Assembly (NCBI GenBank): GCA_951406725.2
Contig: OX597814.1
Coordinates: forward strand, 8,122,001-8,186,000
Reading direction: 5' to 3'
Length of the DNA stretch: 64,000 bases
DNA from: Octopus vulgaris
Taxonomy: Eukaryota
In this document: positions 48,501 through 62,900 of the stretch, one piece after another
Numbering within the stretch: position 1 is the first letter of the stretch
Layout of the letters: every line of letters begins with the position of its first letter
Position numbers and translations under genes: made by a program
The notes under the pieces: generated by a model
Database searches by the model: none
Told to the model about the DNA's origin: nothing
Seen by the model: only the letters and a program-made list of their open reading frames with translations

Positions 48501-51500
48501 GTGTTGCCCCTTGGTCCTAGCTGACACATAAGAGACGGTGTTGCTCCTTGATCATAGCTGAGACCTAAGAGACGGTGTTGCTCCTTGGTCCTAGCTTACA
48601 CCTAAGAGAAGGTGTTGCTCCTTGGTCATAGCTGACACCTAAGAAACGGTGTTGTTTTTTGGTCATAATTGACACCTAAAAGACGGTGTTGCTCCTTGGT
48701 CAAAGCAGAAACCCAAGTTACGCTGTTGCTACTTGGTCCTAACTGACACCTAAGAGACGGTGTTGCTCCTTGGTCATAGCTGACACATTAGAAACGTTGT
48801 TGTTCCTTTGTCATAGCTGACACCTAAGAAACGGTGTTGTTACTTGGTCATAGCTGAAACCTAAGTGACGGTGTTGTTCCTTAGTCATAGCTGACAAATA
48901 AGAGACGGTGTTGCTCCTTGGTCACAGCAAACACATAAAAGATGGTGTTGCTCCTGGGTCATAGCTGACACATAAGGGACGGTGATGCACCTTGGTCATA
49001 GCTGAAACTTAAGAGACGGTAATGCTCCTTGGTCATAGCTGATACTTAACAGACAGTGTTGCTCCTTGGTCATAGCTGACACCTAAAAGACGGTGATGCC
49101 TCTTGGTCATAGCTGACACCTATGAAACGGTGTTGCGCATTAGTCACAGCTGACACCTAAGAGACAGTGTTGCTCCTCGTTCCTAGCTGACACCTAAGAG
49201 ACGGTGTTGCTCCCTGGTCATAGCTGACATATAAGAGACGGTGTTGCTCCTTGGTCCTAGCTGACACATAAGAGAGGGTGTTGCTCCTTTGTCCTAGCTG
49301 TTACCTAAGAGACGGTGTTGCTCCATGGTCATAGCTGACACCTAAGAAACGGTGTTGTTCCTTGGACATAGCAAACACCTAAGATACGGTGTTGCTCCTT
49401 GGTCATAGCTGACACATAAGAGACGGTGTTGCTCTTTGGTCATAGCTGACACCTAAGATACGGTGTTGCTCCTTTGTCATAGCTGACACATAAGAGTCTG
49501 TGTTGCTCCTTGGTCATAGCTGACACCTAAGAGTCGGTGTTGCTCCTTGGTCTTGCTGACTCAAAGGAGCCGGTGTTTCTCCTTGGTCTTAGCTGACACC
49601 TAAGAGACGGTGTTGTTCCTTGGACATAGCTGACACCCAAGAGACGGTGTTGTTCCTTGGTCCTAGTTGGCACCTTAGAGACGGTGTTGCTCCTTGGTGC
49701 TAGCTAACACCTAAGAGACGGTGTTGCTCCTTGGTCATAGCTGACAATTAAGAGACGGTGTTGCTCCCTGGTCATAGCGACAACTACGAGACGGTGTTGT
49801 TCCTTGGTCATAGCTGAAACCCAAGAGAAGTTGTTGTTCCTTGGTCCAAGTTGGCACCTAAGAATCGGTGTTGATCCTTGGTGATAGCTAGCACCTAAGA
49901 AACGGTGTTTCTCCTTGGTCCTAGCTGAGACCTAAGAAACGGTGTTGCTACTTGGTCATAGCTGACACCTAAGAGACGGTGTTGCTCCTTGGTCAAAGCT
50001 GAAACCCAAGTGACGGTGTTGCTACTTTGTCCTAGCTGACACCTAAGAGACGGTGATTTCCTTGGTCATAGCTGACACATTAACAGACGGTGTTGCTCAT
50101 TAGTCATAGCTGAAACAAAAGAGACAGTGTTGCACCTTGGTCATAGCTGACACCTAAGAAACGGAGTTGTAGCTTGGTCATAGCAGACACCTAAGAGAAG
50201 GTGTTGTTCGTTGGTCCTAGCTGACACCTAAGAGGAGGTGTTGCTCCTTGGTCATTGCTGACACCTAAGAAACGGCGTTGTTCCTTGGTCATAGCTGACA
50301 CCTAAGAGACGGTGTTGCTCTTTGGTCCTAGCTGACATGTAGGAGACGGTGTTGCTCCTTGAACATAGCTGACAAATAGGAGACAGTGTTGCTCCTTGGT
50401 CATACCTGACACATAAGAAACGGTGTTGTTCCTTGGTCATAGCTGACACCTAAGAAACAGTGTGGTTCCTTGGTCATAGCTGACACCTAAGAGACGGTGT
50501 TGCTCGTTGGTCATTGCTGACACATAAGACACGGTGTTGCTCCTTTGTCATAGCTGACACCTAAGAGACGGTGTTACTCCTTGGTCATAGCTGACACCTT
50601 AGAGACAGTGTTGCTCCTTGGTCATAGCTGACACGTAAGAAACGGTGTTGTTCCTTGGTCATAGCTGACACCTAAGAAACGGTGTTGTTCCTTGGTCGTA
50701 GCTGACACCTAAGAGACGGTGTTGCTCCTTGGTCCTAGCTGACACATAAGAGACAGTGTTGCTCCTTGATTATAGCTGACACCAAAGAGACGGCGTTGCT
50801 CCTTGGTCATTGCTGACACCTAAGAGACAATGTTGCTCCTTGGTCTTAGCTGACACCGATGAGACGGTGTTGCTTCTTGGTCCTAGCTGACACTTAAGGG
50901 ACGGTGTTGCTACTTGATCTTGGCTTCCACATAAGAGACGGTGTGGTTCCTTGGTCATAGCTGACACCTAAGTGACGGTGTTGCTCCTTGGTCATAGCTG
51001 ACACATAAGAGACGATGTTGCTCCTTGGACATAGCTGACACATAAGAGACGGTGTTGCTCCTTGGTCCTAGCTGACTCCTAAGAAACGGTGTTGCTCCTT
51101 GGTCCTAGCTGACATGTAAGATACGGTGTTGCTCCTTGATCATAGCTGACACATAGGAGACAGTGTTGCTCTTTGGTCATAGCTGACACTTTAGAAACGT
51201 TGTTGTTCCTTGGTCATAGCTGACACCGAAGAAACGGTGTTGTTACTTGGTCATAGCTGACACCTAAGTGACGGTGTTGCTCCTTGGTCCTATCTGACAC
51301 CTAAGAGACGGTGTTGTTCCTTGGTCATAGCTGACACATAAGAGACGGTGTTGCTCCTTGGTCATAGCAAACACATAAAAGATGGTGTTGCTCCTTGGTC
51401 ATAGCTGACACATAAGAGACGGTGTTGCTCCTTGGTCATAAGTGACACATAAGGGACGGTGATGCAACTTGGTCATAGCTGAAACTTAAGAGATGGTGTT

Positions 51501-54500
51501 GCTCCTTGGTCATAGCTGATACTTAAGAGACAGTGTTGCTCCTTGGTTATAGCTGACACCTAAAAGACGGTGATGCCTCTTGGTCATAGCTGACACCTAT
51601 GAAACTGTGTTGCTCATTGGTCACAGCTGACACCTAAGAGACAGTGTTGCTCCTCGGTCCTAGCTGACACCTAAGAGACGGTGTTGCTCCCTGGTAATAG
51701 CTGACATATAAGAGACGGTGTTGCTCCTTGGTCCTAGCTGACACCTAAGAGACTGTGTTGCTCCTTTGTCCTAGCACATATAAGAGACGGTGTTGCTCCA
51801 TGGTCATAGCTGACACCTAAGAAACGGTGTTGTTCCTTGGACATAACAGACACCTAAGATACGGTGTTGCTCCTTAGTCATAGCTGACACCTAAGAGACG
51901 GTGTTGCTCCTTGGTCATAGCTGACACCTAAGATACGGAGTTGCTCCTTGGTCATAGCTGACACATAAGTGGCTGTGTTGCTCCTTGGTCATAGCTGACA
52001 CCTAACAGTTGGTGTTGCTCCTTGGTCTGGCTGACACCTAAGAGACGGTGTTGCTCCTTGGTCCTAGCTGTCACCTAAGAAACGGTGTTGTTCCTTGCTC
52101 TTTCTGACACCTAAGAAACGGTGTTGCTCCTTGGTCATAGGTGACACCAAAGAGACTGTGTTGTTCCTTTTTCATCACCGACACCTTAGAGACGTTGTTG
52201 CTCTTTGGTCATAGCTGACACCTAAGTGACGGCGTTGTTCCTTGGTAATTGCTGAGACTTGAGAGACTGTGTTGCGTTTTTGTCATAGCTGACATCTTAG
52301 AGACGGTGTTGCTCCTTGGTCATAGCTGATACCTACGAGACTGTGTGGTTCTTAGTCCGAGCTGACATATTAAGAGACGGTTTTGCGCTTTGGTCCTAGT
52401 AGACACCAAAGAAACGGTGTTGTTCCTTGGTCATAGCTGACACCTAAGTGACGGTGTTGCTCCTTGGTCATAGCTGACACCTAAGAAACGGTATTGTTCT
52501 TTGGGCTTTTTGACACCTAAGTGACGGTGTTGTTCCTTGCTCCTAGCTGACACCTAAGAGATGGCGTTGCTCCTTGGTCATTGCTGACACCTAAGAGACG
52601 GTGTTGCTCCTTGGTCTTAGCTGACACTTAAGAGACGGTGTTGCAACTTGGACTTGGCTGACACCTAAGAGACGGTGTTGCTCCTTGGTCATAGCTGACA
52701 CATAAGAAACTGTGTTGTTCCTAGGTCATAGCTGACACATTAATAGACGGTGTTGCTCATAAGAGACAGTGTTGCTACTTGGTCATAGCTGACACCTAAG
52801 AGACGGTGTTGCTCCTTGGTCTTATCTGACACATAAGAGACGGATTTAATTTTTGGTCATAGCTGACACCTAAGAGACGAGGTTGTTCCTTGGTCATAGC
52901 TGACACCCAAGAGACGGTGTTGTTCCTTCGTCCTAGTTTGCACAAAAGAGACTGTGTTGCTCCTGGGTCATAGCTAACACCTAAGAGACGGTGTTGCTCC
53001 TTGGTCATAACTCACACATAAGAGATGGTGTTGCTCCTTGGTCTCCCTGACACCTAAGAGACGTCGTTGCTCCTTGGTCCTAGCTGACACCTAAGAGACG
53101 GTGTTGCTCGTTGGTCATAGCTGACACCTACGAGACGGTGTTGCTCCTTGGTCATAGCTGACACCTACGAGACGGTGTGGTTCCCTGGTCCTAGTTGGCA
53201 CCTAAGAAACGGTGTTGCTCACTGGTGATAGCTAACACCTAAGAGACGGTGTTGGTCCTTGGTCATAGCTCACACATAAGAGAAGGTGTTGCTCCTTGGT
53301 CTGGCTGACCCCTAAGAGACGGTGTTGCTCCTTCGTCCTAGCTGACACCTAAGAAACGGTGTTGCACCTTGATCATAGGTGAGACCAAAGAGAAGTTGTT
53401 GCTCCTTGGTTATAGCAGACACCTAATAAACGGTGTTGCTCCTTGGTCATAGCGGACACATTAATTGACGGTGTTGCGCTTTGGTCCTTTCTGACACCTA
53501 AGTGACGGTGTTGCTCATTGGTCACAGCTGACACCTAAGAGACGGTGTTGCTCCTCGGTCCTAGATGACACGTTAGAGACGGTGTTGCTCCCTGGTCATA
53601 GCTGACACATTAGAGACGGTGTTGCTCCTTGGTCTTAGCTGACACCTAAGAGACGGTGTTGCTCCTCGGTCCTAGATGACACGTTAGAGACGGTGTTGAT
53701 CCCTGGTCATAGCTGACACATTAGAGACGGTGTTGCTCCTTGGTCCTAGCTGACACCTAAGAGACGGTGTTGCTCCTTGGTCATAGCTGACACCTAAGAG
53801 ACGGTGTTCCTCCTTTGTCCTAGCTGTTACCTAAGAGACGGTGTTGCTCCTTGATCATAGCTGACACCTAAGAGACGGTGTTGCTCCTTGGTCTTAGCTG
53901 ACACCTAAGAGAAGGTGTTGTTCCTTTGTCCGAGCTGACACCTAAGAGAAGGTGTTGCTCCTTGGTCCTAGCTGACACCTAAGAAACGGTGTTGTTCCTT
54001 GGTCATAACAGACACATAAGAGACGGTGTTGCTCCTTGGTCATAGCTGACACCTAAGAGAAGGTGTTGCTCCTTGGCCATTGCTGACACCTAAGAGACGG
54101 TGTTGCTACTTGGTCATAGCTGACACATAAGAGGCTGTGTTGCTCCTTGGTCATAGCTGACACCTAAGAGACGGTGTTGCTCCTTGGTCTGGCTGACATC
54201 TAAGAGTCGGTGTTGCTCCTTGGTCTAGCTGACACCTAAGAAACGGTGTTGTCCCTTGGTCTTTCTGACACCTAAGTAACTGTGTTCCTCCTTGTTCATA
54301 CCTGACACCTCAGAGACTGTGTCGTTCCTTTGTCATCGCCGACACCTTAGAGACGGTGTTGTCCTTAGTCCTAGCTGACACCTAAGTGACGGCGTTGTTC
54401 CTTGGTCATTGCTGACACCTAAGAGACGGTGTTGCTCCTTTGTCATAGGTGACACTTAAGAGAGTGTGTTGCTTTTTTGTCATTGCTAACACCTAAGAGA

Positions 54501-55493
54501 CGGTGTTGCTCCTTGGTCATAGCTGACACCTAAGAAACGGTGTTGTTCCTTGGTCATAGCTGACACATAAAAGACGGTGTTGCTACTTGGTCCTAGCTGA
54601 CACGTAAGAGACAGTGTTGCTCCTTGGTCATAGCTGACGGCTACGAGACGGCGTTGCTCCTTGTTCATTGCTGACACCGAAGAGACGCAATTGCTCCTTG
54701 GTCTTACTGGCACCGAAGAGACGGTGTTGCTTCTTTGTCCTAGCTGACACTTAAGAGACGGTGTTGCTCCTTGGTCTTGGCTGCCACCTGAGAGACGGTG
54801 TTGTTACTTGGTCATAGCTCACACCTAAGAGACGGTGTTGCTCCTTTGTCCTAGCTGACTCCTAAGAGACGGTGTTGCTCCTTGGTCATAGCTGACACCT
54901 AAGAAACGTGTGTTGCTCCTTGGTCCTAGCTGACATGTAAGAGACGGTGTTGCTCCTTGATCATAGCTGACTCATAGGAGACTCCTTTGCTCCTTTGTCA
55001 TAGCTGCCCCCTAAGAGTCGGTGTTGCTCATTAGTCATAGCTGACACCTTAGAGACAGTGTTGCTCCTTCGTCATAATTGACACATAAGAAACGGTGTTG
55101 TTCCTTGGTCATAGCTGACACCTAAGAGACGGCGTTGCTTCTTGGTCATGGCTGACACCTAAGAGACGGCGTCGTTCCTTGGTCATAGCTGATGCCTAAG
55201 AGACGGCGTTATTCCTTTGTCGTAGCCTATACATAACAGACGGTGTTGCTCCTTGGTCCTAGCTAACACTTAAGAGACGGTGTTTCTCCTTGGTCATAGC
55301 TGACACCTAAGAGACGGTGTTGCTCTTTTGTCATAGCTGACACACAGGAGACGTTGTTGCTTCTTGGTCCTAGCTGACATCTAAGAGACGGTGTTGCTCC
55401 TTGGTCCTAGCTGACACCTAAGAAACGGTGTTGCTCCTTTGTCATACTTGACACATAAGAGACGGTGTTGCTCCTTGGTCATAGCTGACACAT
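36516..55493. repeat. 37-bp satellite array, ~510 copies
   Basis: Consensus CCTTGGTCATAGCTGACACCTAAGAGACGGTGTTGCT; period 37 (e.g. TAAGAGAC at 36542 and 36579). Confidence 0.99.
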
Positions 55494-55740
55494 CAGAAGA
55501 AGAGATAGAACATAATTGTTTTATCGGCTGTGGTCAGAATACTTTAGCAAAGGACTGACATTTTTTGACCATTAAAGGTCCTAGGGTGTTGACGGTTTCC
55601 TCATCAATCATCTAGTGTGGAGGATTTCTCGCTCGTTTTGACAATAAGCCCGTTGGTTTGGTTTCAAAACTCAGGCAGGGTCAATCTAAATCTCCACATA
55701 TATATGTATGTATGTACGAATGTATGTTTGTATGTTTGTA

Positions 55741-55805
<65 letters not shown>

Positions 55806-56900
55806 TCATATATGTATGTGCGTGTGTGTTTGTGTGTTAAGCAAGATATAAATTAGTGGTTCTGCAACCATCTAAAGTATAGCCGATTCCATTGGCACTC
55901 CTGGTGTATTACCTCACTGTGCATAGTCCTAACTATTAGGTATACGGTAGCAGATAATTTATATGCAAAATCGTGGTTTGATATATGTGTGCGTGTACGT
56001 GGACGCACCACCTGACGGTTTGTGGAAAAACGCTCCAACTAATGGCCACCATTGGAGAAAACCGGATAAATTCTGTTGTGACTTAGAATAATGTAAGTGA
56101 AGTCTCTGGAGGTGTCAAAAATGAAAGTGAAATCTTCTCTAACCTACATTCACCTTCCTTTCATATAAAAAAAACTATTTCAGGTTTTTCTTCTTTTGAA
56201 AAGGTTTCTTTATGTCGTCTGTTGTAGATAATAATTAACTTTTATCACAAAATGTTAGTACAAGTAAATTGTGTTAAAGTAGGGCAGAGGGGGAAGTGTT
56301 TTTTTCTCGGAAAAACACTAAGGTCATACAAAGTTGTTGTTAAACCAATCAACACCTTAAAAACGATTAGATAAAGATTCAAGTTTCACTTTTGCTCAGA
56401 GTTGTGACGAGGTAAGTTTTTTTTTGTTTTACATCTTCCTAATTTAATTTCTTTAATCCCGTCTCTCCATTGCTTTACAAATACTTTACAAAATCGATTT
56501 CAATACTTTTCCTTACATTATAACTACATGGATTTGTTGTTTCCTCTCCGAATTCAGAATGTGTGTGTGTGTGAACGTATTTCCAAGTTTTGCAGGTATA
56601 CGTGATCTGTGTCATTATGTATGTTTGCAAAGCCATCAATATTTTCCCCCATCATCGGAACCTACAGCCTCTTAAAGTTATTTCTACTAAATTTAATTCA
56701 AGAACATCAACTTTTCTGAAAGTTACGAAAAAACAAAATCGATGGAGGGGCACCTGTGTAAGGTATGCCATGTTTTCCTTGTCATGAAAGGAAGACCTGT
56801 AATAAAGTCACAAATAATTTATCCCCCACCCTAGGACAAAACCCCCTCGGACAATCGCACCCACCTCTGGTCAAAACTCCCATACTTTTCCTGTTAGATT
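55494..56900. other. 1.4-kb non-satellite island inside the 37-bp array
   Basis: Unique sequence plus a (TG)/(TA) microsatellite at ~55700-55835 and the copy of 29266-29444. Confidence 0.9.
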
Positions 56901-59900
56901 TTGGTCCTAGCTGAAACTTAAGAGACGGTGTTGCTCCTTGGTCCTAGCTGACACCTAACAGACGGTGTTGTTCCTTGGTCCAAGCTGACACCTAAGAGAC
57001 GGTGTTGCTCCTTGGTCATAGCTGACACATAAGAAACGGTGTTGCTCCTTGGTCATAGCTGACACATAAGAGACGGTGTTGCTCCTTGGTCCTAGCTGAC
57101 TCCTAAGAGACGGTGTTGCTCCTTGGTCATAGCTGACACCTCAGAAACGGTGTTGCTCCTTGGTCCTAGCTGACATGTAAGAGACGGTGTTGCTACTTGA
57201 TCATAGCTGACACATGAGAAACGGTGTTGTTCCTTGGTCATTGCTGACACCGAAGAGATGGTGTTGCTCCTTGGTCATAGCTGACACCTAAGAGACGGTG
57301 TTGCTCCATAGTCATAGCTGACACCTAAGAAACGGAGTTGTTCCTCGGTCATTGCTGACACCTAAGAGAAGGTGTTGCTCCTTGGTCATATCTAACACCT
57401 AAAAAACGGAGTTGTTCCTTAGTCATAGCTGACACATAAGAGACAGTGTTGCTCCTTGGTCATAGCTGACACCTAAGAAACGGTGTTGTTCCTTGGTCAC
57501 AACTGACACCTAAGAGACAGTGTTGCTCCTTGGTCATAGCTGACACATAAGAGACGGTGTTGCTCCTTCGTCATAGCTGACACCTAAGAGACGGTGTTGC
57601 TCCTTGGTCCTAGCTGACGCATAAGAGACGGTGTTGCTCCTAGGTCATAGCTGACACATAAGAGGCTTTGTTGCTCCTTGGTCATAGCTGACACCTAAGA
57701 GACGGTGTTGTCCTTTTTCTGGCTGACACTTAAGAGATGGTGTTGCTCCTTGGTGCTAGCTGACTCCTAAGAAATGGTGTTGTTCCTTCGTCTTTCTGGC
57801 ACCTAAGAAACGGTGTTGCTCATTGGTCATAGCAAACGCATAAAAGATGGTGTTGCTCCTCGGTCATAGCTGACACATAAGAGACGGTGTTGCTCCTTGG
57901 TCATAAGTGACGCATAAGGGACGGTGATGCAACTTGGTCATAGCTGAACTTAAGAGACGGTGTTACTCCTTGGTCATAGCTGACACCTAAAAGACGGCGA
58001 TGCCTCTTGGTCATAGTTGACACCTATGAAACTGTGTTGCTCATTGGTCACAGCTGACACCTAAGAGACACTGTTGCTCCTCGGTCCTAGCTGACACCTA
58101 AGAGACGGTGTTGCTCCCTGGTCATAGCTGACATATAAGAGACGGTGTTGCTCCTTGGTCCTAGCTGACACCTAAGAGACGGTGTTGCTCCTTTGTCCTA
58201 GCTGACACCTAAGAGACGGTGTTGCTCCATGGTCATAGCTGACACCTAAGAAACGGTGATGTTCCTTGGACGTAACAGACACCTAAGATACGGTGTTGCT
58301 CCTTGGTCATAGCTGACACCTAAGAGACGGTGTTGCTCCTTAGTTATAGCTGACACCTAAGATACGGTGTTGCTCCTTGGTCCTAGCTGACACCTAAGAG
58401 ACGGTGTTGCTTCTTGGTCATAGCTGACAACTAAGAGACGGTGTTGCTCCTTGGTCCTACCTGACACCTAAGAGACGGTGTTGTTCCTTGGTCATAGCTG
58501 ACACATAAGTGATGGTGTTGCTCCTTGGTCATAGCAAACACATAAAAGACGGTGTTGCTCATTGGTCATAGCTGACACATAAGAGACGGTGTTGCTCGTT
58601 GGTCCTAGCTTACACATAAGAGACGGTGTTGCTCCTTGGTCCTAGCCGACACATAAGAGTCGGTGTTGCTCCTTGGTCCTAGCTCACACCTAAGAGACGG
58701 TGTTGCTCGTTGGTCCTAGCTGACACATAAGAGACGGTGTTGCTCCTTGGTCATAGCTGACACATAAGAGACGGTGTTGCTCCTTGGTCCTAGCTGACAC
58801 ATAAGAGAAGGTGTTGCTCCTTGGTCCTAGCTAACACCTAAGAGACGGTGTTGCTCCTTGGTCCTAGCCGACACATAAGAGACGGTGTTGCCCATTGGTC
58901 CTAGGCGACACATAAGAGTCAGTGTTGTTCCTTGGTCACAACTGACACCTAAGAGACGGTGTTGCTCCTTGGTCCTAGCTGTTACCTAAGAGACGGTGTT
59001 GCTCCTTGATCAAAGCTGACTCCTCCGAGACGGTGTTGCTCCTTGGTCAAAGCTGACACCTAAGAGAAGGTGTTGTTCCTTGGTCATAAATGACGCCTAA
59101 GAGAAGGTGTTGCTCCTTGGTCATAGCTGACACCTAAGAAACGGTGTTGTTCCTTGGTCACAAATGACACCTAAGAGACAGTGTTGCTCCTTGGTCCTAG
59201 CTGACACCTAAGAGACGGTGTTGCTCCTTGGTCATAGCTGACACCTAAGAGATTGTGTTGCTCCTTGGTCCTAGCTGACACCTAAGAGAGGGTGTTGCTC
59301 CTTGGGCATAGCAGACACATAAGAGTCTTTGTTGCTCCTTGGTCATAGCTGACATCTAAGAGACTGTGTTGCTCCTTGGTCCTAGCTGACACCTAAGAGA
59401 CGGTGTTGCTCCTTGGTCATAGCTGACACCTAAGAGATTGTGTTGCTCCTTGGTCCTAGCTGACACCTAAGAGAGGGTGTTGCTCCTTGGGCATAGCAGA
59501 CACATAAGAGTCTTTGTTGCGTTTTGGTCCTAGCTGACACCTAAGAAACGGTGTTGTTCCTTGGTCATAGCTGACACCTAAGAGACGGACTTGCTCCTTG
59601 GTCATAGCTGACACCGAAGAAACGGTGTTGTTACTTGGGCTTTCAAACACCTAAGAGACGGTGTTGCTTCTTGGTCCTAGCTGACACATAAGAGACTGTG
59701 TTGCTCCTTGGCCCTAGCTGCCACCTAAGAGACGGTGTTGGTCCTCGGTCATAGATAACACTTAAGAGACGGTGTTTCTCCTTGGTCATAGCTGACACAT
59801 TAGAGACTGAAGTTGCTCCTTCGTCATAGCAGACACAGAAGAGACTGTGTTGCTCCTTGGTCCTAGTTGACTCTTAAGAGACGGTGTTGCTCCTTGGTCA

Positions 59901-62900
59901 TAGCTGACACCTAAGAAACGGTGTTGTACCTTGGTCCTAGCTGACATGTAAGAGACGGTGTTGCTCCATGATCATAGCTGACACATAGGAGAGAGTGTTG
60001 CTCCTTGGTCATAGCTGACACATAAGAAAAGGTGTTGTTCCTTGGTCATAGCTGACACCGAAGAGACGGGGTTGCACCTTGGTCATAGCTGACACCTAAG
60101 AGACGGTGTTGCTCCTAGGTCGTAGCTGACACCTAAGAGACGGTGTTGCTTCTTAGTCCTAGCTGACACCTAAGAGACGGTGTTGCTCCTTGGTCCTACC
60201 TGACACCTAAGAGACGGTGTTGTTCCTTGGTCATAGCTGACACATAAGAGATGGTGTTGCTCCTTGGTCATAGCAAACACATAAAAGACGGTGTTGCTCC
60301 TTTGTCATAGCTGACACCTAAGAGACGGTGTTGCTCCTTGGTCCTAGCCGACACATAATAGACGGTGTTGCTCCTTGGTCATAGCTGACACCTAAGAGAC
60401 GGTGTTGCTCCTTGGTCATAGCTGACACCTAAGAGACGGTGTTGCTCCTTGGTCCTAGCTGTGTCCTAAAAGACGGTGTTGCTCCTTTATCAATGCTGAC
60501 TCATAAGAGACGGTGTTGCTCCTTGGTCAAAGCTGACACCTAAGAGAAGGTGTTGTTCCTTGGTCTTAACTGACACATAAGAGAAGGTGTTGCTCCTTGG
60601 TCATAGCTGACACCTAAGAAACTGTGTTGTTCCTTGGTCACAAATGACACCTAAGAGACAGTGTTGCTCCTTGGTCATAGCTGACACCCTAAGAGACGGT
60701 GTTGCTCCTTGGTCATAGCTGAGACCTAAGAGATTGTGTTGCTCCTTGGTCCTAGCTGACACCTATGAGACGGTGTTGCTACTTGGTCATAGCTGACACA
60801 TAAGAGGCTTTGTTGCTCCTTTGTCATAGCTGACACCTAAGAGACGGTGTTGCTCCTTTTTCTGGCTGACACTTAAGAATTGGTGTTGCTCCTTGGTCCT
60901 AGCTGACACCTAAGAAATCATGTTGTTCCTTGGTCTTTCTGACACCTAAGAAACGGTGTTGCTCCTTGGTCATAGCTGACTCCTAAGAGACTGTGTTGTT
61001 CCTTGGTCTTTCTGACACCTAAGAGACGGTGTTGCTCCTTGGTCCTAGCTGACACCTAAGTGACGGCGTTATTCCTCGGTCATTGTTGAGACCTAAGAGG
61101 CGGTGTTGCCACATCGCCATAGCTGACACTTAAGAGACTGTGTTGCTTTTTTGTCATAGCTGACATCTAAGTAACGGTGTTGCTCCTTGGTCATAGCTGA
61201 TACATAAGAGACGTTGTTACTTCTTAGTCCAAGCTGACACCTAAGAGACGGTGTTACTCCTTGGTGTAGCTGACACACAAGAGACGGTGATGCTGCTTGG
61301 TCATAGCTGACACCTAAGAAACGTTGTTGCTACTTGGTCATAGCTGACACATTAAGAGACGGTGTTGCTACTTGATCATAGCTGACACATGAGAAACGGT
61401 GTTGTTCCTTGGTCATTGCTGACACCGAAGAGATGGTGTTGCTCCTTGGTCATAGCTGACACCTAAGAGACGGTGTTGCTCCATAGTCATAGATGACACC
61501 TAAGACACGGGCTTGCTCCTTGGTCATAGCTGACACCGAAGAAACGGTGTTGTTCCTTTGTCATAGCTGATACATAAGAGACGGTGTTGCTTCTTAGTCC
61601 TAGCCGACACATAAGAGAAGGTGTTGCTCCTTGGTCCTAGCTAACACCTAAGAGACGGTGTTGCTCCTTGGTCCTAGCCGACACATAAGAGACGGTGTTG
61701 CTCCTTGGTCCTAGATGACACCTAAGAGACGGTGTGGCTCCTTTGTCCTAGCTGACACCTAAGAGAAGGTGTTGCTACTTGGTCCTAGCTAACACCTAAG
61801 AGACGGTGTTGCTCCTTGGTCATATCTGACACATAAGAGTCGGTATTGCTCCTTGGTCCTAGCTGACACCTAAGAGACGGTGTTGTTCCTTGGTCATAGC
61901 TGACAACTAAGAGACGGTGTTGCTCCTTGGTCCTAGCTGTTACCTAAGAGACGGTGGTGCTCCTTGATCAAAGCTGACACCTAAGAGACGGTGTTGCTCC
62001 TTGGCCATAGCTGACACCGAAGAGAAGGTGTTGTTTCTTGGTCCAAGCTGACACCGAAGAGAAGGTGTTGCTCCTTGGTCCTTGCCGACACATTAGAGAC
62101 GGTGTTGTTCCTTGGTCACAACTGACACCAAAGAGACAGTGTTGCTCCTTGGTCATGGCTGACACCTAAGAGACGGTGTTGCTCCTTGGTCATAGCTGAC
62201 ACCTAAGAGACGGTGTTGCGACTTGGTCCTAGCTGACACCTAAGAGACTGTGTTGCTCCTTGGTCATAGCTGACACATAAGAGGCTTTGTTCCTACTTGG
62301 TCCCAGCTGACACCTAAGAGACGGTGTTGCTCCTTGGTCCTACCTGACACCTAAGAGACGGTGTTGTTCCTTGGTCATAGCTGACACATAAGAGATGGAG
62401 TTGTTCCTTGGTCATAGCAAACACATAAAAGACGGTGTTGCTCCTTGGTCATAGCTGACACATAAGAGACAGTGTTGCTCGTTGGTCCTAGCTGACACCT
62501 AAGAGACGGTGTTGCTCCATGGTCCTAGCCGACACATAAGAGTCGGTGTTGCTCCTTGGTCCTAGCTCACACCTGGTGTTCCTTAGTCCTAGCTGACACA
62601 TAATAGACAATGTTGCTCCTTGGTCCTAGCTTACATGTAAGAGACGGTGTTGCTCCTTGATCGTAGCTGACACATAGGAGACAGTGTATTTCCTTGGTCA
62701 TAGCTGACACCTAAGAAACGGTGTTGTACCTTGGTCATAGCTGACACCTAAGAGACGGTGTTGCTCGTTGGTCCTAGCTGTCACCTAAGAGACGGTGTTG
62801 CTTTTTGGTCATATCTGACACCTAAGAAACGGTGTTGTTCCTTGGTCATAGGTGACACCTAAGCGAAGGTGTTGTTCCTTGATCCTAGTTGACACCTAAG

